DNA of 64,000 bases from Oscillospiraceae bacterium (GCA_015067675.1 SVMB01000001.1:65757-129756), one strand, 5' to 3'; counted from the stretch's first letter, positions 1-9,731 are shown. Made by a program: numbers and translations. The notes: generated from the sequence alone by a model not told the origin.

Positions 1-887
1 TTGTCACCGGAATCGCTGACAAAGACCGGCTTTGCCATGGCAGGCATCGCATCGATTGCCGCGTCGGGGATCAGCGCGGGAACGTCGAAGCGGAATTCCG
101 CAATATGCTCGCGCAGATAGGTGATCATGGCATCACCTGCAGCGTATACCTCGTCGTAATCGGAGGCGCAGGAGAGGATGACGCTGATGCCCACGTAGGG
201 AGCATCCACCCAGGGCTGGCCGTTGTAGAGAGACGCGGAGACCACACCGGGAAGTGCATCCGCCCGGGCCAGCATTTCCAGTACCGTGCGGTATGGCTCC
301 TTGGCGGTGGTGGCAACGTCAGCCAGCAGCGCCGGGAAGCGGAAGGCGATCATCTGCGTGGAGAGGTTTTCCTCCAGAATCCGGATGAGGGCCTTGGCGG
401 CACGGGTCTCCGTCTCGTCGTAGTCGGTGTGGGGAGCCGTGCGGTAGCCGGACATGGCATTGATGCCTGCCAGCAGCCCGTCGGAGACGTTGGAGTGAAA
501 ATCCGAGGCGACGCTGATGGGGATATCCTTGCCGATGACCTCGCGCAGACGGGCGACAAAGTATTCCTCACCCGAGCCGATGCCGTCAACAAACATCGCG
601 CCGTGGAAGTACATATACACACCGTCGGCGTCGGTGTGGGCGCGGGCAACATCCAGAAACTCTTCCAGCATCGACAGATAGTCCTCACGTTCCACCGGCC
701 CGGAGGGCAGCGCCACCGCATAGGGCATCGGGATGCAGGTGTAACCTGCCTCACGGAAAATCCCGGAGGCGAAGAGGCTCGAGAGAGCCTCCTCGCCGTA
801 GCGGATGGTAAAGTCGTCTCTTTTTGCCTTGTGAGAGGCAAAGGTATTGGATTCGCACTGGAAAGAGCCGATCAGTATCTTTTTCAT
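1..887 (-). CDS. M81-family (MlrC/microcystinase-C-like) metallopeptidase, N-terminal part; the C-terminus runs off the window start
   Basis: Own minus-strand translation from ATG 887-885: MKKILIGSFQCESNTFASHKAKRDDFTIRYGEEAL...VYMYFHGAMFVDGIGSGEEYFVARLREVIG...YRTAPHTDYDETE. The frame is open to position 1. It is absent from the ORF track because there is no stop in the window. Its start overlaps the stop of the upstream gene (TAATG). Confidence 0.7.
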   Translation of the reverse strand, partial: MKKILIGSFQCESNTFASHKAKRDDFTIRYGEEALSSLFASGIFREAGYTCIPMPYAVALPSGPVEREDYLSMLEEFLDVARAHTDADGVYMYFHGAMFVDGIGSGEEYFVARLREVIGKDIPISVASDFHSNVSDGLLAGINAMSGYRTAPHTDYDETETRAAKALIRILEENLSTQMIAFRFPALLADVATTAKEPYRTVLEMLARADALPGVVSASLYNGQPWVDAPYVGISVILSCASDYDEVYAAGDAMITYLREHIAEFRFDVPALIPDAAIDAMPAMAKPVFVSDSGD

Positions 888-2062
888 TACTTCAGGTCAG
901 CAGAGAAGTAGGCGTCCATCTTGGGAGACATGGGCTTGCAGCCGGTCTCGGTGATGATGTAGCCGGTCTCGATGCGGCCGCCGAAGAGTTCGGGATGACC
1001 GAAGAAGCTGACGTCGACCATGACAGCCATGCCGGGAACCAGCACGAAGTCGCCGTTGGGGCCGAAGAAGGGAGCCTCGGCTTCCATCAGGCCGATGGAA
1101 TGGGCGAAGGGGCAGACCAGATAGTCCTTCAGACCGTGCTTTTCGTAGTACAGACGGCCGGGAACGTCGATTTCCTTACCGGTCATGCCGGGCTTGAGCA
1201 TTTCCTTGGTCAGGCGCATGGTCTCACGCATATGGTTGAGCAGATCCTTCTGACGCTGGGTGAAAACGCCGTTGACGGGGATGGTATCGCCGAAGGTACC
1301 GGCATAGCCGTTGACGCGGGGAGCGATACCGATCATAACCAGTTCGCCGTCCTGCATGATGCGGTTGGTGGCGGTGGGAACGACGGCCTTGGCGCGTTCG
1401 CCGGAGCCGACGATGGTGGAGTAGGCAAAGGAGTTGGCGCCGCTCGCACGGCAGACAGCCTCACCGGCGGCGGCGACTTCGTATTCGTAGGCGCCGGGAC
1501 GGATGGCGGCGATCATCTTGTCGTAGGCCAGGTCGCAGAGGTTTGTTGCCTTGATAATCTGCTCACCTTCCCAGGCGGACTTGTAGGCGCGCAGGTCTTC
1601 GTAAGCGTCGGTGATGTCCACGAGCTCAACGCCTTCAAAACCCGCGGAGAAGTCGAGATAAACCTGATGGGGGATGGTGGTGGTGCCGACGACACCGATG
1701 CGCTTGAGGACGGTGCCCTCAGCTTTCAGCTCCTCATTGAGCTGCTTGAAGTCGATGATGGTGGCATTGGGATACTCTTCCTCGGGAACCATGAACACGG
1801 GGAAGCAGCGGACCTTGGTAACAGCAGAGTCCATCTGGGCAAAGGGCTCGGACTCGGGGCCGCCCAGCAGGATCGGCTCGCCCTCGACGGGAATGAGCAC
1901 GCTGCCCTTTTCAAACTGGCCGCACCAGCCGGTGACGTACCAGCCGTTGGCGACGTTGAGCTCGTCGAAGTAGATCAGAGCGGCGTCGAGATTGTTGGCA
2001 CGCAGGATCTGGCGGATATTGGCGATGCGCTTGTCGGATTCGGCACGATTGTAATAAGCCAT
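887..2062 (-). CDS. M24-family metallopeptidase (Xaa-Pro aminopeptidase/creatinase fold)
   Basis: 391-aa ORF with a creatinase-like N-domain and a pita-bread C-domain (...ANSFAYSTIVGSGERA..., ...HSIGLMEAEAPF..., ...GGRIETGYIITETG). An SD lies upstream of ATG 2062. Confidence 0.85.
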   Translation of the reverse strand: MAYYNRAESDKRIANIRQILRANNLDAALIYFDELNVANGWYVTGWCGQFEKGSVLIPVEGEPILLGGPESEPFAQMDSAVTKVRCFPVFMVPEEEYPNATIIDFKQLNEELKAEGTVLKRIGVVGTTTIPHQVYLDFSAGFEGVELVDITDAYEDLRAYKSAWEGEQIIKATNLCDLAYDKMIAAIRPGAYEYEVAAAGEAVCRASGANSFAYSTIVGSGERAKAVVPTATNRIMQDGELVMIGIAPRVNGYAGTFGDTIPVNGVFTQRQKDLLNHMRETMRLTKEMLKPGMTGKEIDVPGRLYYEKHGLKDYLVCPFAHSIGLMEAEAPFFGPNGDFVLVPGMAVMVDVSFFGHPELFGGRIETGYIITETGCKPMSPKMDAYFSADLK

Positions 2063-2147
2063 GGTATGTACTCCTTCTTCAATTAAATATGTGGGATCAC
2101 CCTGAAACGGGTGAATGGATACGCGAAGAAACGGGGAACGCGGTGTG

Positions 2148-3491
2148 TTAAGCTTCCAGCAGGAACAGGATCTTGCCGGGTTTGATCACGAAGGAATCGG
2201 AAATGCGGTGGTCGGTGCGGTCTTCCCAGCGGTTTTGGAGCTTCAGCTCGTAATCACGGTCGCTCAGATTGGACACGACCAGATATTTATGCTCGTTGAC
2301 GAACATGGAAGCGTATACATTGTCGGGGATGGGGGAGAGGATATCGGCGCAGTCGCGAAGCTCGATGTAGGCAAGGCTGTTTTCTTCCACCATCGGTCTG
2401 TACAGCGACAGATATCTGCTCCAGCGGGGATATTCCTCCACGTCATCGGGGATGGAGGACCACAGCGAGTAGACATACGGGCCGTTGGGATGGGCTTTCA
2501 TGTATTCACCGACGCGCTGATTGAATTTGAATTCCGACCCGTCGCGTCCGTAATAGACCATATCTTCCTCAACGCGTTTACCCATGAGAGGACGTCCGCA
2601 GGTGGTGAGCAGCGGGAACTGCAGAAAAGGGATGACGGATGCAAAGTAGTAATCCGGATCGGTAATGACCAGACGCTGCTTGTCCTGACAGGGAACGACA
2701 TACTCCTTGTAATCCTTGCCGACGCCGATGGTCAGCTCCTTCATGCATTCACCGATCCAGAGATAATCGTATATCCGGTCGATGCAGGGAGGGGCGTTGT
2801 TGTAGTCGCAGTGGAGCTTGTAGATGCCGCCGCGCTTTTTGACCTCGGTGTAGATCACGCCGAGGAAATCCTCGATCTCGGGGTCGTATGCGCCGATACC
2901 GGGTCTTTCGAGGGCACCTTTTACGGTGTAGCCGCTGTCCATTCCCCAGTCGTTGTAGATGCCGTCGAATCCGTATTTGTCCAGCACCGCGAAGGTGCGG
3001 GGAAGAACGTAATTGCGCCAGTGGGCACTGCCGGCAGAGCAGCGGCGGTAGTGGAAATGCATACCCACGCAGCTGCGCTGACTCTGGGTGAACTCCTCGC
3101 GGAAATCGGGGTCAAACTGGTGGAAGTAACCGGAGGAGATGTACGGGATGATTTTGATTCCGAAATAGTGGCACAGGTCAACAAAATGCCTGAGTCCCTC
3201 GGGATCAAAGGTCGAATACTTGTCAGCCCCCAGATGGCGAACGGAATCGTTCCATTCCTCGTGGATCTGGATGAGTTGGACGCCGTTTTCAGCCATGCTT
3301 TTGAGCAGGTTATAATCGTATTCGGTCGGCTCGATCCGATAGGGGGCAGGATAGTCACCGAGATTATAGATCGCCTGACCCGGGAGATAATCCCGTATAC
3401 GGTGACGGCGGTAATACTGTCTGTTTCCTGTCTCTGCTGAATTGATGTTGCGGATACGGGCCTGCTGTTGTTCAAGCGTCAGCGTTTTCAT
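2148..3491 (-). CDS. Hypothetical protein, possibly a TIM-barrel glycoside-hydrolase-like enzyme
   Basis: Long ORF with coding-like composition. I place the start at the internal ATG 3491 (MKTLTLEQQ...), preceded by GAAAGGAG. Motifs such as FGIKIIPYISSGYF and FDGIYNDWG resemble glycosidase-like TIM barrels; the function is uncertain. Confidence 0.7.
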   Translation of the reverse strand: MKTLTLEQQQARIRNINSAETGNRQYYRRHRIRDYLPGQAIYNLGDYPAPYRIEPTEYDYNLLKSMAENGVQLIQIHEEWNDSVRHLGADKYSTFDPEGLRHFVDLCHYFGIKIIPYISSGYFHQFDPDFREEFTQSQRSCVGMHFHYRRCSAGSAHWRNYVLPRTFAVLDKYGFDGIYNDWGMDSGYTVKGALERPGIGAYDPEIEDFLGVIYTEVKKRGGIYKLHCDYNNAPPCIDRIYDYLWIGECMKELTIGVGKDYKEYVVPCQDKQRLVITDPDYYFASVIPFLQFPLLTTCGRPLMGKRVEEDMVYYGRDGSEFKFNQRVGEYMKAHPNGPYVYSLWSSIPDDVEEYPRWSRYLSLYRPMVEENSLAYIELRDCADILSPIPDNVYASMFVNEHKYLVVSNLSDRDYELKLQNRWEDRTDHRISDSFVIKPGKILFLLEA

Positions 3492-3592
3492 ACCGATCTC
3501 CTTTCGGAACAGGGATGGAATTGTGAAGAAAAGACGGAAATGCCTGTGCCGCAATCAGGGGATGGGGCTGCGGACAAGTTCCCACAGTCCTG

Positions 3593-3621
3593 ATTATACG
3601 CACCTTGCAGCACGGCGGCAA
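3593..3621 (-). promoter_or_regulatory. Putative sigma-A promoter of the 2148-3491 gene
   Basis: Minus strand reads TTGCCG-17 nt-TATAAT. A 10-bp-periodic direct repeat of TGTATCTG (3631-3638, 3641-3648) sits just upstream, in the divergent region shared with the AraC gene. Confidence 0.35.
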
Positions 3622-3724
3622 TGGCTGAACTGTATCTGTTTGTATCTGAATTATACATTCTTAATTTTTTGCAGTTGACTTTTCGGGTATTAGCGGCTAC
3701 CATAAAAGCGGGGAGGGATGAAGT

Positions 3725-4615
3725 ATGCGCATTTACTGGTCAAGCTGCCATTTTGTCAATCAGACCGGATTCCTGATCAAGCAGTACAGCGTCAACTGTC
3801 CTACCTATGCACATACCCACGATTTTGCCGAGCTGGTCTATGTCATCCGCGGTCAGGGAAGTCATACCATCGGGGATGCGGAGTATTCGATGGTGCCGGG
3901 CAGCTTTTTCGTGGTCAGGCCCGGGCAGACCCACGGACTGATCTTTGACGAACGGGCGGAATACTATAACATTTTCCTCACGGAGAGCTTCCTGCGGGAT
4001 TTCCGGCTGGATCTGGAGGATATCCCGACGGCGTGGGATCTGCTGTGCCGGGACTGGCCGGCGCCGGTGGTGTATCTGGATGCGGAAAGTGCGGAAACCG
4101 TGGAATGGCTCTGCACACGTATGAACAGCGAATCAGGCTCGCGCAAGCATCGCTCACAGGAGCTGATTTATACCCTTTTTCAGGCAATGCTGCTGGAAGT
4201 GCAGCGCGCAAAGGATGAAAGCCTGGATGCGGCGCGGCTTCATCAGCCGCACATCGCCCTGCCCAAGGTACTTGACTACATCAACGCCCATTTTACCGAG
4301 CCCATCCAGCTCAAAGCGCTCTCGGAAAAGTACAATTACAATCCCGCCTATTTCGGCAGACTCTTCCGCAAACGCTTCGGCGTGACCTTTGATGAATATC
4401 TGCGCAGAAAGCGCATCGAATACGCCCGGGAGCTGCTGGAAAACACGGATTATTCCGTGGAAACCATCATGCATACGGTGGGCTATACCAACAAAAACAA
4501 TTTCTACCGCTTTTTCACCGAGGAATGCGGCTGTACGCCCGGCGAATACCGCAGTGTGCAGAGCTCAAACGATGATACGCTGGCACTCAGCGATACGGCG
4601 GGAGATGCGCCGTGA
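3725..4615 (+). CDS. AraC-family transcriptional regulator (cupin sensor plus C-terminal HTH)
   Basis: 296 aa. N-terminal cupin-like segment (HTHDFAELVYVIRGQGSH) and a C-terminal AraC HTH (YNPAYFGRLFRKRFGVTFDEYLRRKRIEYARELL...GYTNKNNFYRFF). Confidence 0.9.
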   Translation: MRIYWSSCHFVNQTGFLIKQYSVNCPTYAHTHDFAELVYVIRGQGSHTIGDAEYSMVPGSFFVVRPGQTHGLIFDERAEYYNIFLTESFLRDFRLDLEDIPTAWDLLCRDWPAPVVYLDAESAETVEWLCTRMNSESGSRKHRSQELIYTLFQAMLLEVQRAKDESLDAARLHQPHIALPKVLDYINAHFTEPIQLKALSEKYNYNPAYFGRLFRKRFGVTFDEYLRRKRIEYARELLENTDYSVETIMHTVGYTNKNNFYRFFTEECGCTPGEYRSVQSSNDDTLALSDTAGDAP

Positions 4616-4626
4616 CAGAAACGGAA

Positions 4627-4668
4627 AAGAGGCAGTGTCCAGTACCGGGACACTGCCTCTTGTGGTTT
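4627..4668. terminator. Hairpin terminator between convergent genes
   Basis: AAGAGGCAGTGTCC-loop-GGGACACTGCCTCTT, a 14-bp stem followed by GTGGTTT. It lies between the AraC stop and the stop of the minus-strand MBL gene. Confidence 0.6.
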
Positions 4669-4670
4669 GA

Positions 4671-5465
4671 TCAGATTTCGCCTGCTTCCATGGCACGGCG
4701 CATGCCGCCGAATACATGGGAGCCAACCTTGGGAAGACCGGTGGTCTCATTGTAGAGCGCGGAGAGGGCTGCGTTGTCAAGCTCGGGATGAGCGGCGATG
4801 AAGCCGCGGATGTGATGGAGCGCCGCAGCGCAGAGGTAGGTGTAGCGTGCAACGTCGGCGGATGTGCAGGCACGGTTGCCGCAGGGATAGTAATCGTGGG
4901 AGGCATAGATGGCAGCGGGGGTCAGGGCGCGGATGCGCTCCAGTGCCGCCAGATGCTCCATGGGCAGACCGATATTGGCGCCCCAGTTGCCGGAGCCGTA
5001 GATGCCGAATACCTGCAGACCGTCGCCGGTGAGCAGGGTTCCGGTACGGGTATCCAGCAGGCCGACCGCATCGGCGGTGTGGCCGGGAATCTCGACCACG
5101 CGCAGAACGTCCAGCAGCATATCACCATCGGCGGGGGAGAACAGGGACTTCCCGGTGAACTTCTCTTTCAGTCCCTCGTTGGGCGTAACGATGCAGGTGT
5201 CGGGACGCAGCTCCATGAAGCGCTCAAGGCCGCCTACATGATCCCGGTGCGCATGGGAGATAAAGACGTATTTGAGTTCCTCTGCCGTGACGCCCAGCTC
5301 ATCAAGCGCGGGGATGAGATAATTGTCGGCATCCTCGGGGTATGTGGCGGTGTCAAAGAGGAGAGCGCCTGCGGGGGTTCTGACAACGAACACGGTGGTG
5401 AAGATATCCAGAAACGGAACGACGACCCGGTGAATATCCGGGGTAATGGCGGTAATATCGAGCAT
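4671..5465 (-). CDS. MBL-fold metallo-hydrolase
   Basis: 264 aa with the HxHxDH motif (SHAHRDHVGG) and downstream His/Asp ligand positions. Confidence 0.85.
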   Translation of the reverse strand: MLDITAITPDIHRVVVPFLDIFTTVFVVRTPAGALLFDTATYPEDADNYLIPALDELGVTAEELKYVFISHAHRDHVGGLERFMELRPDTCIVTPNEGLKEKFTGKSLFSPADGDMLLDVLRVVEIPGHTADAVGLLDTRTGTLLTGDGLQVFGIYGSGNWGANIGLPMEHLAALERIRALTPAAIYASHDYYPCGNRACTSADVARYTYLCAAALHHIRGFIAAHPELDNAALSALYNETTGLPKVGSHVFGGMRRAMEAGEI

Positions 5466-5594
5466 AAAAGCCTCTTTTCCGGGTGAGAGCCCCTGTTGAT
5501 GACTTTATTGTAGCACTGCGGCGCGGCGGTGTCAAGTGCGGGGGATTATCCTGAGCTGCAGGAGACGCAGCATGCAGAAAAGGCTGGTTTCATC

Positions 5595-5624
5595 TTTACA
5601 ATAACCCCGGTTATCCGTTATACT
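5595..5624 (+). promoter_or_regulatory. Putative sigma-A promoter of the GH31 gene
   Basis: TTTACA-18 nt-TATACT. The spacer contains the palindrome ATAACC-CC-GGTTAT. Confidence 0.4.
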
Positions 5625-5664
5625 GGTAGAAAGCCAAAACCAATCAAGTCAAGGAGAATCTGTT

Positions 5665-7215
5665 ATGCAGTACAAATTTACCATGCTCCCCGGCGAATAC
5701 TGGTGGGGCGGCTCATCCATCGACGGCGGACTGAATCCCTTTACTGCCGCGAGCGATTTTGAGGCGGAATTTCGTGTGGAAGCCCGCAATCAGACCATGC
5801 CCATGTTCATTTCCAGCCTCGGCCGCTGCATCTGGTCGGAGGAACCCTTCGCCGTCAGGATCCAAAACGGCGAATTTATCATGGAAGGCGAGGACATCAC
5901 CCTTGAGACCGTCGGTACAGACCTTCCCACTGCCTACCGTGCTGCGCAGGCGCTGCATTTCCCGCCGCAGGGTGATGAGCTTCCCGAGGAGTTTTTCTCA
6001 AAGCCCCAGTATAACACCTGGATGCAGTTTACCTATGAGCCCACTCAGGAGGGCGTGCTCAAATACGCCCACGATATCATCGATAACGGCTTTGCTCCCG
6101 GTATTCTCATCATCGACGAGGGCTGGCAGCTGGAATACGGCTCCTGGGAGTTTGATCCGGTGAAGTTCCCCAATCCCCGTGCCATGGCCGATGAGCTGCA
6201 TGAAATGGGCTTTATCCTGATGGTCTGGGTCACGCCATCCGTACGCCCCGACGGCATCCGCTTCGTCAAGAAGTTCTATCAGTGGTTCAATCCCGAGCAC
6301 TATAACGAAATGTTCCTGCGCAACGAGGCAGGAAAGATCGTTCTTTCCCGCTGGTGGAACGGCTACAGCGCAAGCTTTGACCTGACCAAGGAATGCGATG
6401 CGGCGGTGCTGGATGCCCAGCTCACCGCACTCATGCGGGACTGCGGCGTGGACGGCTTCAAGCTCGACGGCGGCCGCCTTGCCCACTGGACCAACATGGA
6501 AGCCCTCAACGGACCCGTGGATACCTCCCATACCCCGGCTCAGCGCAATATCGCCTGGAATGACTTCGGTACCCGCTACCGCTTCCATGAGTATAAGGAT
6601 ACCTTCAAGGGCGGCGGCAAGCGTGTCATCCAGCGCATGGCCGACCGCAATCACAGTTGGGACCGCGACGGACTCAATACCCTGATTCCCAACGCCATCG
6701 TGCAGGGTCTGCTGGGTCATCCCTTCATCTGCCCGGACATGATTGGCGGCGGTTCCTGGATCCATCGTGATCTGAAGCGTCCGATTGATCAGGAGCTGTT
6801 CGTGCGTATGGCGCAGTGCTCGGCGCTGTTCCCGATGATGCAGTTTTCATGGGCTCCGTGGGAAGCGGTGGACGACGAGCATCTGGGCTATATCCGCGAG
6901 GCGCACGATCTGCACATCCGCTTTGCCGATACGACCATGGCTCTGGTGCGTGACGCGTATCGTACCGGCGAGCCGATTCTCAGAAGCCTTGCCTATAACT
7001 ATCCCGGCTGCGACTACGAAGAGGTCAAGGATCAGTTTATGCTCGGTGAGAATATCCTGGTGGCGCCCGTCATCGTCAAAGGCGAGACCGTAAAAATGGT
7101 TCATCTGCCCGAGGGAACCTGGGTGGATGCAAACGGACAGGAATTTGCAGGCGGTCAGACGCTTGCCTATCCCGCCGGAATCAACGTCCTGCCGTGGTTT
7201 ACGAAAAAGAAATAA
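5665..7215 (+). CDS. Glycoside hydrolase family 31 (alpha-glucosidase/alpha-xylosidase-like)
   Basis: 516 aa. GH31-like catalytic-region motifs (GILIIDEGWQ, GVDGFKLDGG, MVWVTP). SD AAGGAG upstream. Confidence 0.8.
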   Translation: MQYKFTMLPGEYWWGGSSIDGGLNPFTAASDFEAEFRVEARNQTMPMFISSLGRCIWSEEPFAVRIQNGEFIMEGEDITLETVGTDLPTAYRAAQALHFPPQGDELPEEFFSKPQYNTWMQFTYEPTQEGVLKYAHDIIDNGFAPGILIIDEGWQLEYGSWEFDPVKFPNPRAMADELHEMGFILMVWVTPSVRPDGIRFVKKFYQWFNPEHYNEMFLRNEAGKIVLSRWWNGYSASFDLTKECDAAVLDAQLTALMRDCGVDGFKLDGGRLAHWTNMEALNGPVDTSHTPAQRNIAWNDFGTRYRFHEYKDTFKGGGKRVIQRMADRNHSWDRDGLNTLIPNAIVQGLLGHPFICPDMIGGGSWIHRDLKRPIDQELFVRMAQCSALFPMMQFSWAPWEAVDDEHLGYIREAHDLHIRFADTTMALVRDAYRTGEPILRSLAYNYPGCDYEEVKDQFMLGENILVAPVIVKGETVKMVHLPEGTWVDANGQEFAGGQTLAYPAGINVLPWFTKKK

Positions 7216-7228
7216 GCGTAAGATAAAT

Positions 7229-7269
7229 CGAGGCCGGACAGTGAATCAACTGCCCGGCCTCGGTGTTTG
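7229..7269. terminator. Hairpin terminator between convergent genes
   Basis: CGAGGCCGGACAG-loop-CTGCCCGGCCTCG, a 13-bp stem with 1 mismatch, followed by GTGTTT. Confidence 0.55.
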
Positions 7270-7280
7270 ATCAAATTGCG

Positions 7281-7949
7281 TCAGTCTCCGGCAAGCCAGG
7301 AAAGCCCGCGCACGATCCGTCCGGGAATGTCCTGAAAATGCCCGCCGGATTCACGGCGGAAGGTGGTATGTGCCCCCAGCGCGTCAAAGCGCGCCTTCGT
7401 CGCGGCAGTGCAGACTTCTACCCGGGCCATGCGTTCGTATTTTGTCTGGGCTTCCCGGTCGCCGAGGGAAAAATAAAGCTTTTCCGGTACGCGAAGCGGT
7501 GTGTGCGTCTGCTGGTAATCCTCAAATCCGTCGAACCAGAGAGAACCTGAGAGAGAAGCGGCTATATCGAAGAGGTCGGCTTTGTAGAGCGCGTATACCG
7601 CAAACAGCCCCGCCAGGGAATAACCGGCAATGCCGCGCCGGAGCGGTGGAGCTGGGAGTCGGGACTCCACTTCCGGGACGATGCGGGTACAGAGTGTATG
7701 AAGATAGGCGTCGGCCCCGCCGGTGAATGCTTTCCCCTTGGGCATGACCTTGGGAGCCGGCCACGGGGTCAGATCGTGGTTCCAGTCAACCTCCACGGCT
7801 GCGATGATCAGCGGCATATCGAGGGATTTGAGCACAGCCTCTGCCTCATCCACGGCAAAGTGCATATAAATCAGCGGCGCAGCTTCTCCGTGGGAAGCGT
7901 CCAGTATCGTAATCCTGCGTCCGTCCAGGGAAAAGTCGGTTGTTGTCAC
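7281..7949 (-). CDS. Alpha/beta hydrolase, putative esterase family
   Basis: GxSxG nucleophile elbow (GYSLAG) in an esterase-like fold. The start is moved to in-frame GTG 7949 (VTTTDFSL...), preceded by AGGAGGAA. The N-terminal extension of the track ORF (to 8081) lacks an SD. Confidence 0.75.
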   Translation of the reverse strand: MTTTDFSLDGRRITILDASHGEAAPLIYMHFAVDEAEAVLKSLDMPLIIAAVEVDWNHDLTPWPAPKVMPKGKAFTGGADAYLHTLCTRIVPEVESRLPAPPLRRGIAGYSLAGLFAVYALYKADLFDIAASLSGSLWFDGFEDYQQTHTPLRVPEKLYFSLGDREAQTKYERMARVEVCTAATKARFDALGAHTTFRRESGGHFQDIPGRIVRGLSWLAGD

Positions 7950-8116
7950 GGAAGATTCCTCCTGCCGATCGTTTTCGGTACAGAAAAGAGTATACACCAG
8001 AGTTCCCGGAAAGTAAAGCGCCCGTCGGGACTTGCCAAACGGGCGCTGATCGGGTATACTGATTAAGGAATGAGAAAACAACCGGGCTTATATGCCCTTT
8101 GATGGAGGAAAACAGT

Positions 8117-8887
8117 ATGGTCATCGTGACTCTCGGAACCAGCCACGGCAACCCCACCTGGTGCCGTTATAATTCGTCCACGCTCTTTGAATGCGGCAGC
8201 GGAACCTATATGATCGATGCCGGTGCGCCCTGCGATGCGCAGATGATCCGTGCCGGACGTCATCCCCGCCACCTCAAGGCGGTCTTTCTGACCCATTGCC
8301 ACACCGACCATATGGGCGGCCTGCCGATTCTGCTCAAGTACATCCTCAAGTATGCCGACAAGTATCCGGGCGAAATCCCGCATTGTAAGGTGTTCCTGCC
8401 CGATGAGGGTATCTGGGAGGCCATGGTGGGCTTTATGAAGGTGATGACCGTCGCAGCGGAGCGTATCGACCGGTATCTGGAACCCCATGTGGTCAAGCCG
8501 GGGCTGAACTACGAGGATGAAAACATCTACGTCGAGGCCATTCCCACCGCCCATGTTGCCAGTGTGGGCCGCAAAAGCTTTGCCTATCTTCTGACCGAGA
8601 AAGAAACCGGCAAGACCGTGCTCTATTCCGGTGATCTCAAGGCCGATTTCTCCGACTTCCCCACCTACGCCACCGAAACGCCGGTGGACCTTGCCTTCTG
8701 CGAGTGCACCCACTATCGTCCCGAGAAGAGCCTTGATCTGCTGTCCCGCTGCAAGTTCGGCAGGCTTATTTTCAACCATGTCTACGACTCCTGGCATGGC
8801 GAAGGCGCGGGTGAACTGCTGGCGCAGACCAAGGATCTGCCCTATCCCATTCAGATTGCCCATGATCTGGAGGAGTTCTGGCTGTAA
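8117..8887 (+). CDS. MBL-fold metallo-hydrolase (RNase Z/ElaC-like subgroup)
   Basis: HCHTDHMGG motif. Start at ATG 8117 (MVIVTLGTSHG), 8 nt after GGAGGAA. Confidence 0.85.
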   Translation: MVIVTLGTSHGNPTWCRYNSSTLFECGSGTYMIDAGAPCDAQMIRAGRHPRHLKAVFLTHCHTDHMGGLPILLKYILKYADKYPGEIPHCKVFLPDEGIWEAMVGFMKVMTVAAERIDRYLEPHVVKPGLNYEDENIYVEAIPTAHVASVGRKSFAYLLTEKETGKTVLYSGDLKADFSDFPTYATETPVDLAFCECTHYRPEKSLDLLSRCKFGRLIFNHVYDSWHGEGAGELLAQTKDLPYPIQIAHDLEEFWL

Positions 8888-8893
8888 GCGTTC

Positions 8894-9664
8894 TTAAAGC
8901 TGCCGTTTCATACGTGCCAGGGCGGATTTCTCCACCCGGGAAACCTGCGCCTGGGAGATGCCGATTTCGGAAGAGACCTCCATCTGGGTGCGGCCTTCGT
9001 AGAAGCGCAGCCGGAGAATGTGCCGCTCCCGCTCGGAGAGCGTGCCGATGGCATCCTGCAGAGCGATCTGCTCAAGCCAGGCTTCGTCCGTGTTGTGATC
9101 GTCGCGTACCTGATCCATCACGCATACGGAATCCGCACCGTCGGAGTAGAGCGGCTCAAACAGTGAAACCGGGTCGGCGATGGCGTCGAGGGCGAATACC
9201 ACGTCTTCCCGCTGCATGCCCATGAGCCGGGCAAGCTCATCGATGGTGGGTTCACGCTGCTCATCCCGGATGAACTGTTCCTTTGCCTGCAGCGCCTTGT
9301 AGGCGGTGTCGCGCAGGGAGCGGCTGACGCGAATGGGGGAGTTGTCCCGCAGGTACCGGCGTACCTCTCCGATGATCATGGGGACGGCGTAGGTGGAAAA
9401 GCGCAGCTGCAGGCTGGTATCAAAGTTGTCGATGGCCTTCAAAAGACCGATGCAGCCCACCTGAAACAGATCGTCCGGCAGTTCACCGCGTCCGGTGAAG
9501 CGCTGGATGACACTGAGCACCAGCCGGAGATTTCCCTGTACCAGCGCATCCCGGGCTGTCAGGTCGCCGTCCTTGCAGCGATAGAGCAGTGCGTAGGTTT
9601 CCTCGTTTGTCAGAAGCGGCAGACGGGATGTATTGACCCCGCATATTTCAACTTTGTAATGCAA
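8894..9664 (-). CDS. sigG: Sporulation sigma factor SigG
   Basis: KVEICGVNTSRLPLL..., GNLRLVLSVIQRF, DLFQVGCIGLLKAIDNFD, FSTYAVPMIIGEVRRYLRDNSPIRVSRSL and GISQAQVSRVEKSAL are near-identical to B. subtilis SigG blocks. TTG start with GGGAGGG upstream. Confidence 0.9.
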   Translation of the reverse strand: MHYKVEICGVNTSRLPLLTNEETYALLYRCKDGDLTARDALVQGNLRLVLSVIQRFTGRGELPDDLFQVGCIGLLKAIDNFDTSLQLRFSTYAVPMIIGEVRRYLRDNSPIRVSRSLRDTAYKALQAKEQFIRDEQREPTIDELARLMGMQREDVVFALDAIADPVSLFEPLYSDGADSVCVMDQVRDDHNTDEAWLEQIALQDAIGTLSERERHILRLRFYEGRTQMEVSSEIGISQAQVSRVEKSALARMKRQL

Positions 9665-9700
9665 GTAATTCCCTCCCGCAGGTCATACTTTCTTTGAATC

Positions 9701-9731
9701 AAGTATAACCTGTGCGGCTTTGCGCTATGCA
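9701..9731 (-). promoter_or_regulatory. Putative forespore (sigma-F/G type) promoter of sigG
   Basis: Minus strand reads GTGCATA-15 nt-GGTTATACTT, which fits the sigma-F-type pattern GCATA-N15-GGnnAnAnT. It lies about 30 nt upstream of the sigG SD. Confidence 0.4.

Noticed and set aside
105-911. A plus-strand 268-aa ORF and a minus-strand 163-aa ORF (350-841) at the window start.
   Set aside because: A third frame on the minus strand, open to the window edge, gives a clean MlrC/M81-like sequence starting at 887. The listed ORFs are out-of-frame or antisense artefacts.
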